A stretch of DNA of 64,000 nt from Alphaproteobacteria bacterium (GCA_965214705.1 CBDCCI010000002.1:800001-864000); one strand, 5' to 3'. Counted from the first letter of the stretch, positions 7,721-17,172 are shown. A program made the numbers and translations. Notes: a model not told the origin generated them from the letters alone.

Positions 7721-8940
7721 CGCCTAGGCGCTCCGGCGCGTCTGTTGCCGTTTGGCTGGCCGCCGGTCTGTCGGGATTTGCGATCGTATTTTGTCTGCTT
7801 TCCGGCATCGCCGCGCGGGCGCCGGCACTCGATTTCACTGCCGAGGAGGAACGCCGGATCCTGCGCCATGGGCCGTGGCCGCCGGCCTCGCAGCTCGATC
7901 CGAGCAACCGGGTTTCCGGCGAACCGGCCGCCATCGCCTTCGGCCGGGCGCTGTTCTTCGATCCGCGCCTGTCGCGCTCCGGCGAAGTCTCCTGCGCAAC
8001 CTGCCACCCGCCGGACCGGGCCTGGACCGACGGCCTGCCGCGCAGCCGCGGGCAGCGGACTGTCGACCGCAACGCGCCCAGCCTGTTCAATTTGCGCTTC
8101 AACCGCTGGTTCGGCTGGGACGGCGCGCAGGACTCGCTGTGGGCGCAAAACCTGCGGCCCCTGCTGGACGGCCGCGAGATGGGCGTGGGCCCCGGCGGCG
8201 CGGCGCGGCTGGTCCGCTCCGACCGGCAGCTTTCCTGCGGCTACCGGCGTGCTTTCGGCGAAGCGCCCGACGCAGACGACGAACGGATATTCGTCGATCT
8301 CGGCAAAGCGCTGGCGGCGTTCCTGGAAACGCAAGTCACCGGCCGCACGCCGTTCGACGAATTCCGCGACGCCCTGGCGCGCGACGATGCGGCCGGCCAG
8401 GCCCGCTATCCCGCCGCCGCCCAGCGCGGCCTGCGTCTGTTCGTGGGCCGGGGCAACTGCGCCTTCTGCCATTTCGGCCCGGCCTTCACCAACGGCGAGT
8501 TCGCCGATGCCGGCGTGCCGCATTTCATCGAACCCGGCCGGGTCGATCCCGGCCGGCACGGCGGCATTCGCAAACTGCGCGAGAGCCCGTACACCCTGCT
8601 GGGCCGCTTCAACGACGATGCAGGGCGCTCCACCGCCGCCAAGACCCGCTATGTCGACCTGCGCCAGAGCAACTTCGGCGAGTTCCGGGTGCCGGGCCTG
8701 CGCAACGTGGCGCTCACAGCGCCCTACATGCATGCCGGCAGCCTCGAGACGCTCGCCGACGTCGCCCAACACTATTCGACGATCGACGAGGAACGGCTGC
8801 ACGCCGGAGGTGAACGGATTCTGCGCCGCCTGGACCTGAGCGCGCGCGAACAGGCCGATCTCGTCGCCTTTCTCGAAACACTGACGGAAACGACCCCGCG
8901 TCACGAATTCGTAGAGAAACCAGCAGAAGCCTTGTGCTGA
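7717..8940 (+). CDS. Di-haem cytochrome c peroxidase family protein, MauG-like
   Basis: Two haem motifs (CATCH, CAFCH), GRALFFDPRLS, RNAPSL, FGWDG and FRVPGLRNVALTAPYMHAG. N-terminal hydrophobic signal. Confidence 0.92.
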   Translation: MTPRRSGASVAVWLAAGLSGFAIVFCLLSGIAARAPALDFTAEEERRILRHGPWPPASQLDPSNRVSGEPAAIAFGRALFFDPRLSRSGEVSCATCHPPDRAWTDGLPRSRGQRTVDRNAPSLFNLRFNRWFGWDGAQDSLWAQNLRPLLDGREMGVGPGGAARLVRSDRQLSCGYRRAFGEAPDADDERIFVDLGKALAAFLETQVTGRTPFDEFRDALARDDAAGQARYPAAAQRGLRLFVGRGNCAFCHFGPAFTNGEFADAGVPHFIEPGRVDPGRHGGIRKLRESPYTLLGRFNDDAGRSTAAKTRYVDLRQSNFGEFRVPGLRNVALTAPYMHAGSLETLADVAQHYSTIDEERLHAGGERILRRLDLSAREQADLVAFLETLTETTPRHEFVEKPAEALC

Positions 8941-9000
8941 AAGGGAGCATGCCCGTCTGCCCGGATCAGGGACACTCATGCCGGCCGAACGATATGGGCC

Positions 9001-9471
9001 TCAATCCCCCGCGAACGCGATCAATCGCCCACAGACAAGTGCTCCAAGCCAGCAAACCGTCGAGAGGACGGCGTGACCGATGAGGCGGGTGCGCGGGGCG
9101 TCCTTGAGCAGGAACCCGTGGGACCAACACAGAGCAAGCGTAGACAGGACCCCGATGGCGATGAAGGCCAGCTTGAGCTGCAGGAATTCAACGCCACTGT
9201 ATTCCTGAGCCCGGACCGAGAACAGCAGCGGTCCCGTGATCAGAGCAAGGGTCAGCCCGCTCGCCGCAACGGGTGCGAGCACCCGCACCAGCGCTTCGCG
9301 AGAGATACCGCGCCACACGCCAAAGAGCCGCAAATTGAGCGGGACGACGGATCCAATCAGCAAGGCGATTGCGACGATGTGCGCGGCGTTGAGGGCGGCA
9401 TAGCCCCAGCGGGAGCCCCGCAGAGCCTGCGCCAGGGTCGTCCCCTCGAGCGCTGCGAACAGGGCCTCCAA
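9001..9471 (-). CDS. 4-TM membrane protein (DUF6644/DUF2214-like)
   Basis: Hydrophobic; AAHIVAIALLIG...NLRLFG, ITGPLLF, FLQLKL and C-terminal CGRLIAF. Confidence 0.7.
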   Translation of the reverse strand: MEALFAALEGTTLAQALRGSRWGYAALNAAHIVAIALLIGSVVPLNLRLFGVWRGISREALVRVLAPVAASGLTLALITGPLLFSVRAQEYSGVEFLQLKLAFIAIGVLSTLALCWSHGFLLKDAPRTRLIGHAVLSTVCWLGALVCGRLIAFAGD

Positions 9472-9475
9472 GGTC

Positions 9476-9844
9476 TCAGTCGCGACCGGGGTAAAGGACG
9501 TACTCTCGTTTGCCCAGGAACAGCCGTTCCACCTTGACCAGTCTTTCCGACAAGTCGGCGGCCGGCTCGCCGATCACCCGGATCTCGACCCCTTCAGCCA
9601 GATCGCCGTCCTCTAGGCCGGCGCGTTCGTTGCGCCATGGCTGCCCGACCTCGGCCGTCCATACCTCGCCCTCCACGTCGATCTTCAGGATGCCGTGGGG
9701 ATTGCCCAGGCGGACGGTCTTGATGATGCCGGTCAGATCGATATTACCGCCGGTCGTCCACGACCAGCCGTGATGGGCCAGAGCCCCGACCGTCGGAGCC
9801 GTGAGTCCCAGGGCCAAGACCGTGATGAACAAGAGCCTCTTCAT
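9476..9844 (-). CDS. Periplasmic DUF6152-like protein
   Basis: Signal peptide ending ALA-HHGWS; LGNPHG motif; OB-fold-like pattern. RBS GGAGGAG before ATG 9844. Confidence 0.75.
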   Translation of the reverse strand: MKRLLFITVLALGLTAPTVGALAHHGWSWTTGGNIDLTGIIKTVRLGNPHGILKIDVEGEVWTAEVGQPWRNERAGLEDGDLAEGVEIRVIGEPAADLSERLVKVERLFLGKREYVLYPGRD

Positions 9845-10000
9845 CGTGCTCCTCCGATGCCTCAAGCGTTCCCGGGAAGGTCGCGTCATTCGGCCGGACA
9901 TTCCAGCCGACACTTCCCGGACAGCCTTCAAGTCCATGACGATAATACTCTTGGAGAACAGATGACCGTACGGTTTAGCGAGGTATTTGCTTGGTGGGGT

Positions 10001-10200
10001 ATTATGCCGCCGCCCGGCGCGGCCTGCGCCTGTTCGCGGACGGGGGCAACTACGCCTTCTGCCATTTCGGTCCGGCCCTTACCAACGGCGAGTTCGCCGA
10101 TGCCGACATGCCGCATTTCGTCGGGCCCGGCAGGGTCGATCCCGGCCGGCACGGCGGCATCCGCAAACTGCGCGAGAGCAACTTCGGCGAGTTCCGGGTG
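10001..10200 (+). pseudogene. Degenerate partial duplicate of the di-haem peroxidase gene
   Basis: Closely matches about 8407-8691. CAFCH has become YAFCH, and the 84 bp equivalent to 8587-8670 are missing. Confidence 0.85.
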
Positions 10201-10225
10201 GGGGGCGTCCCTCCGAGGCGACTCT

Positions 10226-10489
10226 TCAAGGCGTCTGCCGATAGGCGTCCCGTCGGTGCGTGATGCGAACCACCAGAACGACGAGCTCATCGTCCCGGAT
10301 TTCGTACACCACGCGGTAGTCCTCAACCCGGAGCCGCCGCAAGCCCCGCATGTCGCCTTTCAGCACGGCACCGAGATGAGGGGTTTCGGCCAGCCGGTCG
10401 ATGGCCGCAACGATCCGCGCCCGATCCGGCTTCGCCACACGCCTCAGCTCTTTGGCGGCGCTCTCCTTAATCCGTATCGAGAAGCTCAC
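10226..10489 (-). CDS. relE: RelE/ParE family toxin
   Basis: 87 aa; SAAKELRRV...LKG...RRLRVEDYRVVYEI...LVVRITHRRDAY. Confidence 0.9.
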   Translation of the reverse strand: MSFSIRIKESAAKELRRVAKPDRARIVAAIDRLAETPHLGAVLKGDMRGLRRLRVEDYRVVYEIRDDELVVLVVRITHRRDAYRQTP

Positions 10490-10691
10490 GCCGAACTTGG
10501 TCCCAGTCCAATACCGGATCGCTCGGATCGCGGAGCCGGTCGATGGCGACGGAGAGATCGTCGAAGTCCTCGAGATAGTGCTCGACGGCGAGGCGGATGA
10601 CGTCCGCGCGGCTGCGTCTTAGCTGTTGCGCGGCCGTGTCCAGCGCATCGACCACCGGGTCTGGCAATCGCGCGGTCACCTGTTGGGGCAT
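10467..10691 (-). CDS. Ribbon-helix-helix (CopG/RelB-type) antitoxin
   Basis: QVTARLPD...LDTAAQQLRRSRADVIRLAVEHYLEDFDDL with an acidic C-terminus. It overlaps the toxin start. Confidence 0.88.
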   Translation of the reverse strand: MPQQVTARLPDPVVDALDTAAQQLRRSRADVIRLAVEHYLEDFDDLSVAIDRLRDPSDPVLDWDQVRRELLDTD

Positions 10692-10706
10692 GGCGGTTCC
10701 AACGTG

Positions 10707-10748
10707 GCAATTGGAGTGAATGAGATTACTTTACTTCACTCCAATTGC
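10707..10748. promoter_or_regulatory. Perfect 14-bp inverted repeat, probable TA operator
   Basis: GCAATTGGAGTGAA-N14-TTCACTCCAATTGC lies 16 bp upstream of the antitoxin ATG, with an AT-rich spacer. Confidence 0.7.
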
Positions 10749-10829
10749 GGGGTCAATCGGGTTTGAAAGCCAGACGAGCAGGTAGACGGAACCTCGCCCT
10801 CCCTGCCTCGGCGCGCTCGCCGCGCCCGG

Positions 10830-12731
10830 TCAGATCAGTGCGCGCACGTAGCGGTCTTGCACGTCGTCGCACCAGTTGCCGACGTTCCAGCGGCCGTAGG
10901 CCCCCATGCCGCCCCGTGGGTCGTCCCCGAAGTAGACCGGGACGTGGATGAGACTGAGGCCGTCGTAGTCGAACGCCTCTTCGAGCGCCGCGGTGAGCGA
11001 AGACGGGTCGAACCCGCCCGAGAGCGCCTTCACCCCCGGCACAGACGCCGCCATTTGCACGTAGTCCACCGGCACGGAGTCCCAGGTGCGGAAATCCGCT
11101 CCGTACTGCGCCTGCTGCAACTGGCTGATCGCGCCCATGCGGCGGTTGTCGAACAGGACGATGGCACCGCGCACGCCGTGCTCCACGCCGTCGATCAGGA
11201 CCTGCGGGTTCATGGTGAACGATCCGTCGCCGGTGAAGGCGACGCCATAGCGCCCGTTCTCGGCCAGCGCGCCGGCGAGCAGGGCCGACACCGAGAACCC
11301 CATGTAGGACGCGCCCGCCTCGGTGAAGGTTTCGTATGGCTCGTCGTCCTCGACGATCTGGAAGCCGTTGGCCTGCACGTCGCCGGCGTCGAAGAACTTG
11401 ATGGCAGCGCGCGCCTTGCAGAACGCCGCGGTCACCGCGATTGCCTGGGGCTGGGTCAGCACCTCACGTTGCCAGACCGTGTCGACGGGTTGGGCGGCAT
11501 CGAGCTGCGCGGTCCTGAACGCCCGCCACTCGGCCTTCTTCGCGGCGCAGGCGTCGAGCCACTCACGCTTGCGCGCCGATGCCTCGGCATGATCGCGGCG
11601 CAGCACGTCGTTCAGGCGCTCCAGCACCGCGCCGGCATCGCCGCACAGCGCAGACGTGCGGTTGTAGTGCTGGACGTCCTCCGGATCGGCGTTGATGTTG
11701 ACGACGTGGCGGACCTTCGGCCATCCGGTTCCCGAGCAGTCGCTCTGGCACACCGCGCGGCTGCCGATGACCACCAACAGGTCGGCTTCTTCCATCGCGA
11801 AGTTGCCGCTGATGCTCCCCTTGGAGCCGCCGACGTGCAGGTTCTGCGGGTGGTCGTCGGGCAGCACCCCGGTCGAGCCGGGGCTGAGCACCACCGACGC
11901 GCCTGCCAGCTCCGCGAACTCCCGGATTTCGCGCGCGAAGGGCCGCGCCCCGCCGCCCGCCTTGACCGCGACGCGCCGGGCGCCGGCGACGAGCGCCGCG
12001 GCCTCGGCATAAGCCTCCTCGTCGGCAGGCGCAGCGGGGGCGAACGCGGGCGCCGCCGGCAGGGTATCGAGCCGGATCAGGGTCTCCGCAGGTTGCGTGT
12101 TGAGCGGCAGGTTGAGGTAGAACGGCCCAGCCTTCCACGGGTGGAACACCGTCATCGCGCCCCGGCGCAGCGCCGCCCGCAGCCCGCCGGGACTGTGCAG
12201 AGTCCAGGACTCGCCCATCAGCGCGGTCATCTGCCCGAACAGACCCTGCGCCGGCTTCGGCACCTGCTGCATGTTGTAGCCTTCGCCATGCGTGGTCTCG
12301 TCGCCGTAGAGGTGATAGACGCCGATCCCGTTGGAGGCCGCCGCCAGCGATCCGGCCATCGCCTGCATCGCGCCTGGCCCGATGGACGTGACCACGGCGG
12401 AAGGCTCCCCGTAGACCCAGCGGAGCGCCGTAGCGGCGTGGGCCATCGCGACCTCGTTGCGGAACTGCCAGCACCGGACCAGACCGTGGGCTTGGTAGAC
12501 CCGCAGCACCTCGCCGACCGCGGTGGAGCCGTGCCCGAAGATCGCGAGGTATTTCGTCACGCCCTGACGCATCAGGCCCAGCACCAGCGCCTCGGCGAGG
12601 GGAAGGGCGACCGCCTCGCCGAGCCGCCCTGCGTCGATGGCCGCGTTCAGGCCGCCCGCATCGGCGAGCCATGCGGCTCTGCCGTCCATCGAAGATGGCA
12701 GCGGTCCGGGCGTGCCAGCAGTGTTCGTCAT
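10830..12731 (-). CDS. IolD-like ThDP-dependent ring-opening acylhydrolase
   Basis: AIFGHGS (IolD-type IFGHG), NEVAMAHAA, TSIGPGA, ThDP motif GDGSFTM...DN; 633 aa. Confidence 0.75.
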   Translation of the reverse strand: MTNTAGTPGPLPSSMDGRAAWLADAGGLNAAIDAGRLGEAVALPLAEALVLGLMRQGVTKYLAIFGHGSTAVGEVLRVYQAHGLVRCWQFRNEVAMAHAATALRWVYGEPSAVVTSIGPGAMQAMAGSLAAASNGIGVYHLYGDETTHGEGYNMQQVPKPAQGLFGQMTALMGESWTLHSPGGLRAALRRGAMTVFHPWKAGPFYLNLPLNTQPAETLIRLDTLPAAPAFAPAAPADEEAYAEAAALVAGARRVAVKAGGGARPFAREIREFAELAGASVVLSPGSTGVLPDDHPQNLHVGGSKGSISGNFAMEEADLLVVIGSRAVCQSDCSGTGWPKVRHVVNINADPEDVQHYNRTSALCGDAGAVLERLNDVLRRDHAEASARKREWLDACAAKKAEWRAFRTAQLDAAQPVDTVWQREVLTQPQAIAVTAAFCKARAAIKFFDAGDVQANGFQIVEDDEPYETFTEAGASYMGFSVSALLAGALAENGRYGVAFTGDGSFTMNPQVLIDGVEHGVRGAIVLFDNRRMGAISQLQQAQYGADFRTWDSVPVDYVQMAASVPGVKALSGGFDPSSLTAALEEAFDYDGLSLIHVPVYFGDDPRGGMGAYGRWNVGNWCDDVQDRYVRALI

Positions 12732-13822
12732 GCGCTCGTTCCTCCCTCGGCAGCGACCGGCACCGGCCTGCCCGCCTGAGCGGACTCGAGCGCGGCGAGG
12801 GCGAAGCGCAGCACCTGCCGGCCCTCGCGCGCGGTCAGCACCGGCCGCCCGCCCTCGGACAGCACCTCCAGAAAGTGGCGAGTGGAAAGCACGAAGCTCT
12901 GCTCCCAGCCGGTCTCAACGTCGCGGAACTCGGTGAGCGCGCCGTCCCGGTAGAGCGTGACCGGCGGCGTGTCCCCCAGCCGTCCGTGGCCGCCGTTCAT
13001 CCAGATCACGCCCTTGCTGCCGGTGATCTCCACGCGGTCGTCCTGGGCATAGTGCCGGGTCGCGATTTCGAGCTCCGGCGAATGGACGATCTCCAGGTTG
13101 CCGATGCGGTTGCCGGGAAAGCGGAACGACACGATCGAGGGCGCATCCAGCCGCTCGCGGTGGTCCGCCGTCTCGGTCTCCCCTATGAAGGCGTGGACCT
13201 CCTCCGGCTCGCCCATGAAGTGCCAGGCAAGGGCGAACTTGTGGTGGCCGTCGTCGAACACCAGCGGCCCGCCGCCGGCGTGCTCGGGCCGCTGCCGCCA
13301 GGCGAGGGCGCTGGCCGGCACATCCCAGGCGGTCGCGCTCCGTCCCGGATTGCTCTTGATGCGGATGGAGAGCGGCGTGCCGATCGCGTCTTCGGCGATC
13401 AGCTCCCGCGCGCGGACGACCGGGGGGTAGAACAGGAAGTTCTCGAACACCTTGAACGGGCGGTCCGAGGCGTCGGCGGCGGCGACCAGGCGGTCGGCCT
13501 CCGCAAGCGAGATGCACATCGGCTTCTGGAGCGAGACGATCTTGCCGGCATCGACGGCCTTCAGCGCCGCTTCGAGATGCAGGTGATGGGGCAGCAGGAT
13601 CTCGACGAGATCCACGTCCGGGCGGGCGAGCAGGGCGTCGATGTCGTCGCAGATGGCGACGTCGCCCAAGCCCCAAGCCGCCGCCCGATCCGCCGCCCGC
13701 GCTGGGTCCACGTCGCAGAGCGCCACGATCCGCGCCAGCGGGCTGGCCAGGTACTCGATGGCGTGCAGATCGGAGATGCGGCCCGTGCCCACGATGCCGA
13801 CTCCGATGGGACTGCTCTGCAT
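12728..13822 (-). CDS. Gfo/Idh/MocA family oxidoreductase
   Basis: GVGIVGTGRIS, PHHLH, LQKP and GGGPLVFDDGHH motifs. Confidence 0.92.
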   Translation of the reverse strand: MQSSPIGVGIVGTGRISDLHAIEYLASPLARIVALCDVDPARAADRAAAWGLGDVAICDDIDALLARPDVDLVEILLPHHLHLEAALKAVDAGKIVSLQKPMCISLAEADRLVAAADASDRPFKVFENFLFYPPVVRARELIAEDAIGTPLSIRIKSNPGRSATAWDVPASALAWRQRPEHAGGGPLVFDDGHHKFALAWHFMGEPEEVHAFIGETETADHRERLDAPSIVSFRFPGNRIGNLEIVHSPELEIATRHYAQDDRVEITGSKGVIWMNGGHGRLGDTPPVTLYRDGALTEFRDVETGWEQSFVLSTRHFLEVLSEGGRPVLTAREGRQVLRFALAALESAQAGRPVPVAAEGGTSA

Positions 13823-14086
13823 TGCTCGTCAACTCCCGTCGCGGCAGCGGGTGAACACGTCGGTCACGCGGGGTCGTCCCGTGTGGCCGATACGCCGCGA
13901 ACCTAGGCGGTTTCCACGCCGTCGCGCAACGAATGCCGCCGATGCTTGAGCGACAGTTCGGCATGCTCTGGCGCGATACCACGGCGAATCCGCCCCGTTT
14001 TCGTTGACTCTGCGCGGAGCGATGCGCTTGACTTCCAGGGCGCTCATAGAAAGCGCTGGCATACTAACCGCACGGGGGAAAATTCC

Positions 14087-15358
14087 ATGATCACTCTCAA
14101 CAGGCGCGGGCTGCTGGCCGCCGTGGCGGTCGTGCCCGCGCTGGCGTTCGGCGCGCCCGCATTCGCGCAGGGCGGCGACGTCACGCTCACGCACTACTTC
14201 ACCGGCGAGTTCGGACTCAAGATCTTCAACGAGCAGGTCGCGAAGTTCGAAGCCGCCACCGACTACACCATCAAGAACAGCCCGATCGGGCACGAGGACT
14301 TCAAGACCGATATCCTGGTGCGCGCGGCCGGCGACAGCCTGCCCGACGTCTTCAGCTACTGGGCCGGCGCGCGGACGCAGTTCGTCGTCGATTCCGGAAG
14401 TCTCCACACCATCGACGACATGTGGGCCCGTGACGGCCTCGACGACGTCGTCGCGAAGTCCGTGGCCGACAGCGCCACCATGTACAACGGCGCGCGCTAC
14501 CTGGTGCCGTTCAACTACCACTACGCGGGCATGTTCTATAACACCCAGGTGCTCGCGGACGCGGGCGTCACCGAGATGCCGACGACCTGGGACGGGTTCC
14601 TCGCGCTCTGCGAGACCCTGAAGGGTAAGGGCGTGACCCCGATCGCGCTCGGCTCGAAGAATCGCTGGCCCGCCCAGTTCTGGTTCGACTATCTGCTGCT
14701 CGGCACCGCAGGCCCCGATTATCGTGCCGGTCTGATGAACGGCTCCGCGTCTTACGACGACGCCGAGGTCAAGGCCGCCATGGCGATGTGGAAGGACCTG
14801 GCGGACAAGGGCTACTTCGCGCCCAACGCCAACGCCGATTCATGGACCGATGCGTCGGACAAGGTGGCCCGAGGCGATGCGGCGATGACCCTGATGGGCA
14901 CCTGGATCACCGGCTACTGGAACGGACTGGGGCTCGAGCCCGGCACGGACTACGACTTCTTCCCGTTCCCGGCCATCGCCGACGGCGTTCCCGTCTCGGT
15001 GGTCGGCCCGGTGGACGGCCTGGTCATCTCAAACGACGGAGAGAACCGCGCCGGCGCAGAGGCGTTCCTCAGCTTCATGATGTCGAACGCCGACGTGCAG
15101 GCGAGCTGGACCGGCGCATACGGGGCGCTCAGTGCCAACGTCAACGTCGATCCGGCGAACTACAACGTCGTGATGCAGCGGGTCTCCGGCATCGTGGCCG
15201 GGGCGGACAACTTCGCGTTCAACTACGACCTCGCGACGCCGCCTCCGGTGGCGGAGGTCGGGCTCTCCATGTTCTCGCGCTTCATGGACGACCCGAGCCA
15301 GGTGGACGACATCCTGGCACAGGTCGCCGCGGACGCAGCGCAAGCGTTCACGGAGTAG
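14087..15358 (+). CDS. Carbohydrate ABC transporter (CUT1) substrate-binding protein
   Basis: Signal MITLNRRGLL...AFA; LPDVF, MFYNTQV, PTTWD and AAMTLMGTW motifs. Confidence 0.9.
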   Translation: MITLNRRGLLAAVAVVPALAFGAPAFAQGGDVTLTHYFTGEFGLKIFNEQVAKFEAATDYTIKNSPIGHEDFKTDILVRAAGDSLPDVFSYWAGARTQFVVDSGSLHTIDDMWARDGLDDVVAKSVADSATMYNGARYLVPFNYHYAGMFYNTQVLADAGVTEMPTTWDGFLALCETLKGKGVTPIALGSKNRWPAQFWFDYLLLGTAGPDYRAGLMNGSASYDDAEVKAAMAMWKDLADKGYFAPNANADSWTDASDKVARGDAAMTLMGTWITGYWNGLGLEPGTDYDFFPFPAIADGVPVSVVGPVDGLVISNDGENRAGAEAFLSFMMSNADVQASWTGAYGALSANVNVDPANYNVVMQRVSGIVAGADNFAFNYDLATPPPVAEVGLSMFSRFMDDPSQVDDILAQVAADAAQAFTE

Positions 15359-15375
15359 GCGCGGTTTCGTGCGGG

Positions 15376-15408
15376 CGGGCCGCCGGGCAGTACATACCCG
15401 GCGGCCCG
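15376..15408 (+). terminator. Intercistronic stem-loop after the SBP gene
   Basis: CGGGCCGCCGGG-N9-CCCGGCGGCCCG; no strong U-tract. Confidence 0.5.
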
Positions 15409-15435
15409 TTCACGTTCCGCCATGATCAGTGACCG

Positions 15436-16317
15436 ATGGAACGGGAGAACCGCTTCTGGCGGGTGATTCTGCTGGCGCTGCCGCTTGCGGTGTTCGCGGC
15501 GTTCGTGGTCTGGCCGCTTGCGAGCTCCTTCTACTACAGCTTCACCAACTGGAACGGCTTCAACCCCGACTACGACTTCGTCGGCTTCGATAACTTCCTC
15601 AAGATCCACACCGACAAGCTGTTCCTCAACGCCACGATCAACACGGCGTTCTGGATCGTGGCAGCGATCGTCGTGCCGACCGCTTTGGGGCTCGGGCTCG
15701 CGCTCCTGATCGACAGCCGCATTCCCGGCGGCCCGGTGTTCAAGTCGATCTTCTACCTGCCCATTTGCCTCTCCGCAGTGGTGGTCGGGCAGATCTGGGT
15801 GTGGATCTACCAGCCGGACTGGGGGCTGCTGAACACCGTGGTGGAGGCGGTGACCGGCGAGAACTTCAACTACGCGTGGCTGGCGAAGCCGGATAGCGCG
15901 CTCTGGTCGGTGATCCTCGCTTGGTCATGGCAGCAGACCGGGCTCTCCATGGTGATCTTCCTGGCCGGGCTTACCACCATCCCCGAGGAGCTGCTGGAGG
16001 TGTGCGAGATCGAGGGCGCCAAGGCCTTTCAGCGCATCCGCCTGGTGGTCATCCCCCTGCTCACGCCGGCCACCGTGGTGGTGATCGCGCTCAACGTGAT
16101 CAACTCGCTCAAGGGATTCGACATCCTCTACACCATGACCGGCGGCGGTCCGTTCAACAGCTCCGACACGCTGGCCATGCACATGTACAACGAGTCCTTC
16201 AAGAAGTACTTGATGGGCTACGGCAGCGCGATCTCGGTGGTCCTGTTCCTGATCGCGCTGACCATCATCCGCCTCTACTTCCGCCAGCTGCGCAAGGTGG
16301 ACGAGCTCCATGGCTGA
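15436..16317 (+). CDS. Carbohydrate ABC transporter permease 1
   Basis: FVGFDNF, LAGLTTIPEELLEVCEIEGA (EAA loop) and MTGGGP. Confidence 0.92.
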   Translation: MERENRFWRVILLALPLAVFAAFVVWPLASSFYYSFTNWNGFNPDYDFVGFDNFLKIHTDKLFLNATINTAFWIVAAIVVPTALGLGLALLIDSRIPGGPVFKSIFYLPICLSAVVVGQIWVWIYQPDWGLLNTVVEAVTGENFNYAWLAKPDSALWSVILAWSWQQTGLSMVIFLAGLTTIPEELLEVCEIEGAKAFQRIRLVVIPLLTPATVVVIALNVINSLKGFDILYTMTGGGPFNSSDTLAMHMYNESFKKYLMGYGSAISVVLFLIALTIIRLYFRQLRKVDELHG

Positions 16318-17170
16318 CGTGGCGCTCATCCCCGCTTCTGGCAGGCGGTTCAACCCGTGGCCTGCGGTGATCTTCGTCTCGCTCGCGGTCCTCGCGCTGC
16401 TGTTCCTGGCACCCACCGCCGGCGTGCTGCTGTCGTCGATCAAGACCACCCGCGACATCGCGCTCGGCCAGCTGTGGACGATCCCGTCGGAGCTTTTCTG
16501 GGGCAACTATGCCGAGGTGCTCGCCAACCCGGCCGTGCACCGCTACTTCGCCAATACGTTTATCGTCACCGCTCCCGCGACGGTGGCCTCGATCGCGCTG
16601 GGCTCGCTGGCCGGCTACGTCTTCGCCAAGCTGCCGTTTCGCGGCAGCAACCTGCTCTTCCTCGTCATCGTCTCCGGCATGTTCTTCCCGCCGCAGGTGA
16701 TCCTGATCCCGTTGTTCCGGCTCTTCAACGCCATGGATCTGATCGACACCCTCTACCCCATCATCATCATCCACACCGCGATGGGCATCCCCATCTGCAC
16801 GCTCCTCATGCGCAACTTCTTCGCGACCGTCCCGAATGCGCTGCGCGAGGCGGCGATCCTGGAAGGCGCGAACGAGTGGCAGGTGCTGACCCGCGTGGCG
16901 CTGCCGCTCAGCCTGCCGGCGCTGGCGGTGCTGGCGACGCTCCAGTTCACCTGGATCTGGAACGACTTCCTCTGGCCGCTGATCTTCACCCAGTCCGACG
17001 AGAAGCGGACCATCATGCTGGGAATCGTGAACCTGCAGGGGCAGTACTCGGTAGCCTGGGGCGTGCAGGGTTCGCTGTCGCTGATCGCGAGCCTGCCGAC
17101 GCTCATCGTGTTCCTGTTCTTCCAGCGCTACTTCATCAAGGGGATGACCATGGGCGCGGTGAAGGGGTAG
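16310..17170 (+). CDS. Carbohydrate ABC transporter permease 2
   Basis: EAA loop LREAAILEGA, WNDFLWP and FQRYFIKG...GAVKG. Confidence 0.92.
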   Translation: MADVALIPASGRRFNPWPAVIFVSLAVLALLFLAPTAGVLLSSIKTTRDIALGQLWTIPSELFWGNYAEVLANPAVHRYFANTFIVTAPATVASIALGSLAGYVFAKLPFRGSNLLFLVIVSGMFFPPQVILIPLFRLFNAMDLIDTLYPIIIIHTAMGIPICTLLMRNFFATVPNALREAAILEGANEWQVLTRVALPLSLPALAVLATLQFTWIWNDFLWPLIFTQSDEKRTIMLGIVNLQGQYSVAWGVQGSLSLIASLPTLIVFLFFQRYFIKGMTMGAVKG

Positions 17171-17172
17171 CG

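Noticed and set aside
9960-9980. Palindrome ACCGTACGGT upstream of the DUF6152-like gene as a metal-regulator operator
   Set aside because: Only 10 bp, and it does not fit a MerR/CueR-type promoter geometry that I can verify.
8407-10200. Template/variable repeat pair of a diversity-generating retroelement
   Set aside because: There is no reverse transcriptase, the differences are not adenine-specific and the copy has a deletion. Simple decayed duplication explains it.
10857-13906. 640-aa and 411-aa plus-strand ORFs
   Set aside because: Antisense shadows of the IolD-like and Gfo/Idh/MocA genes.
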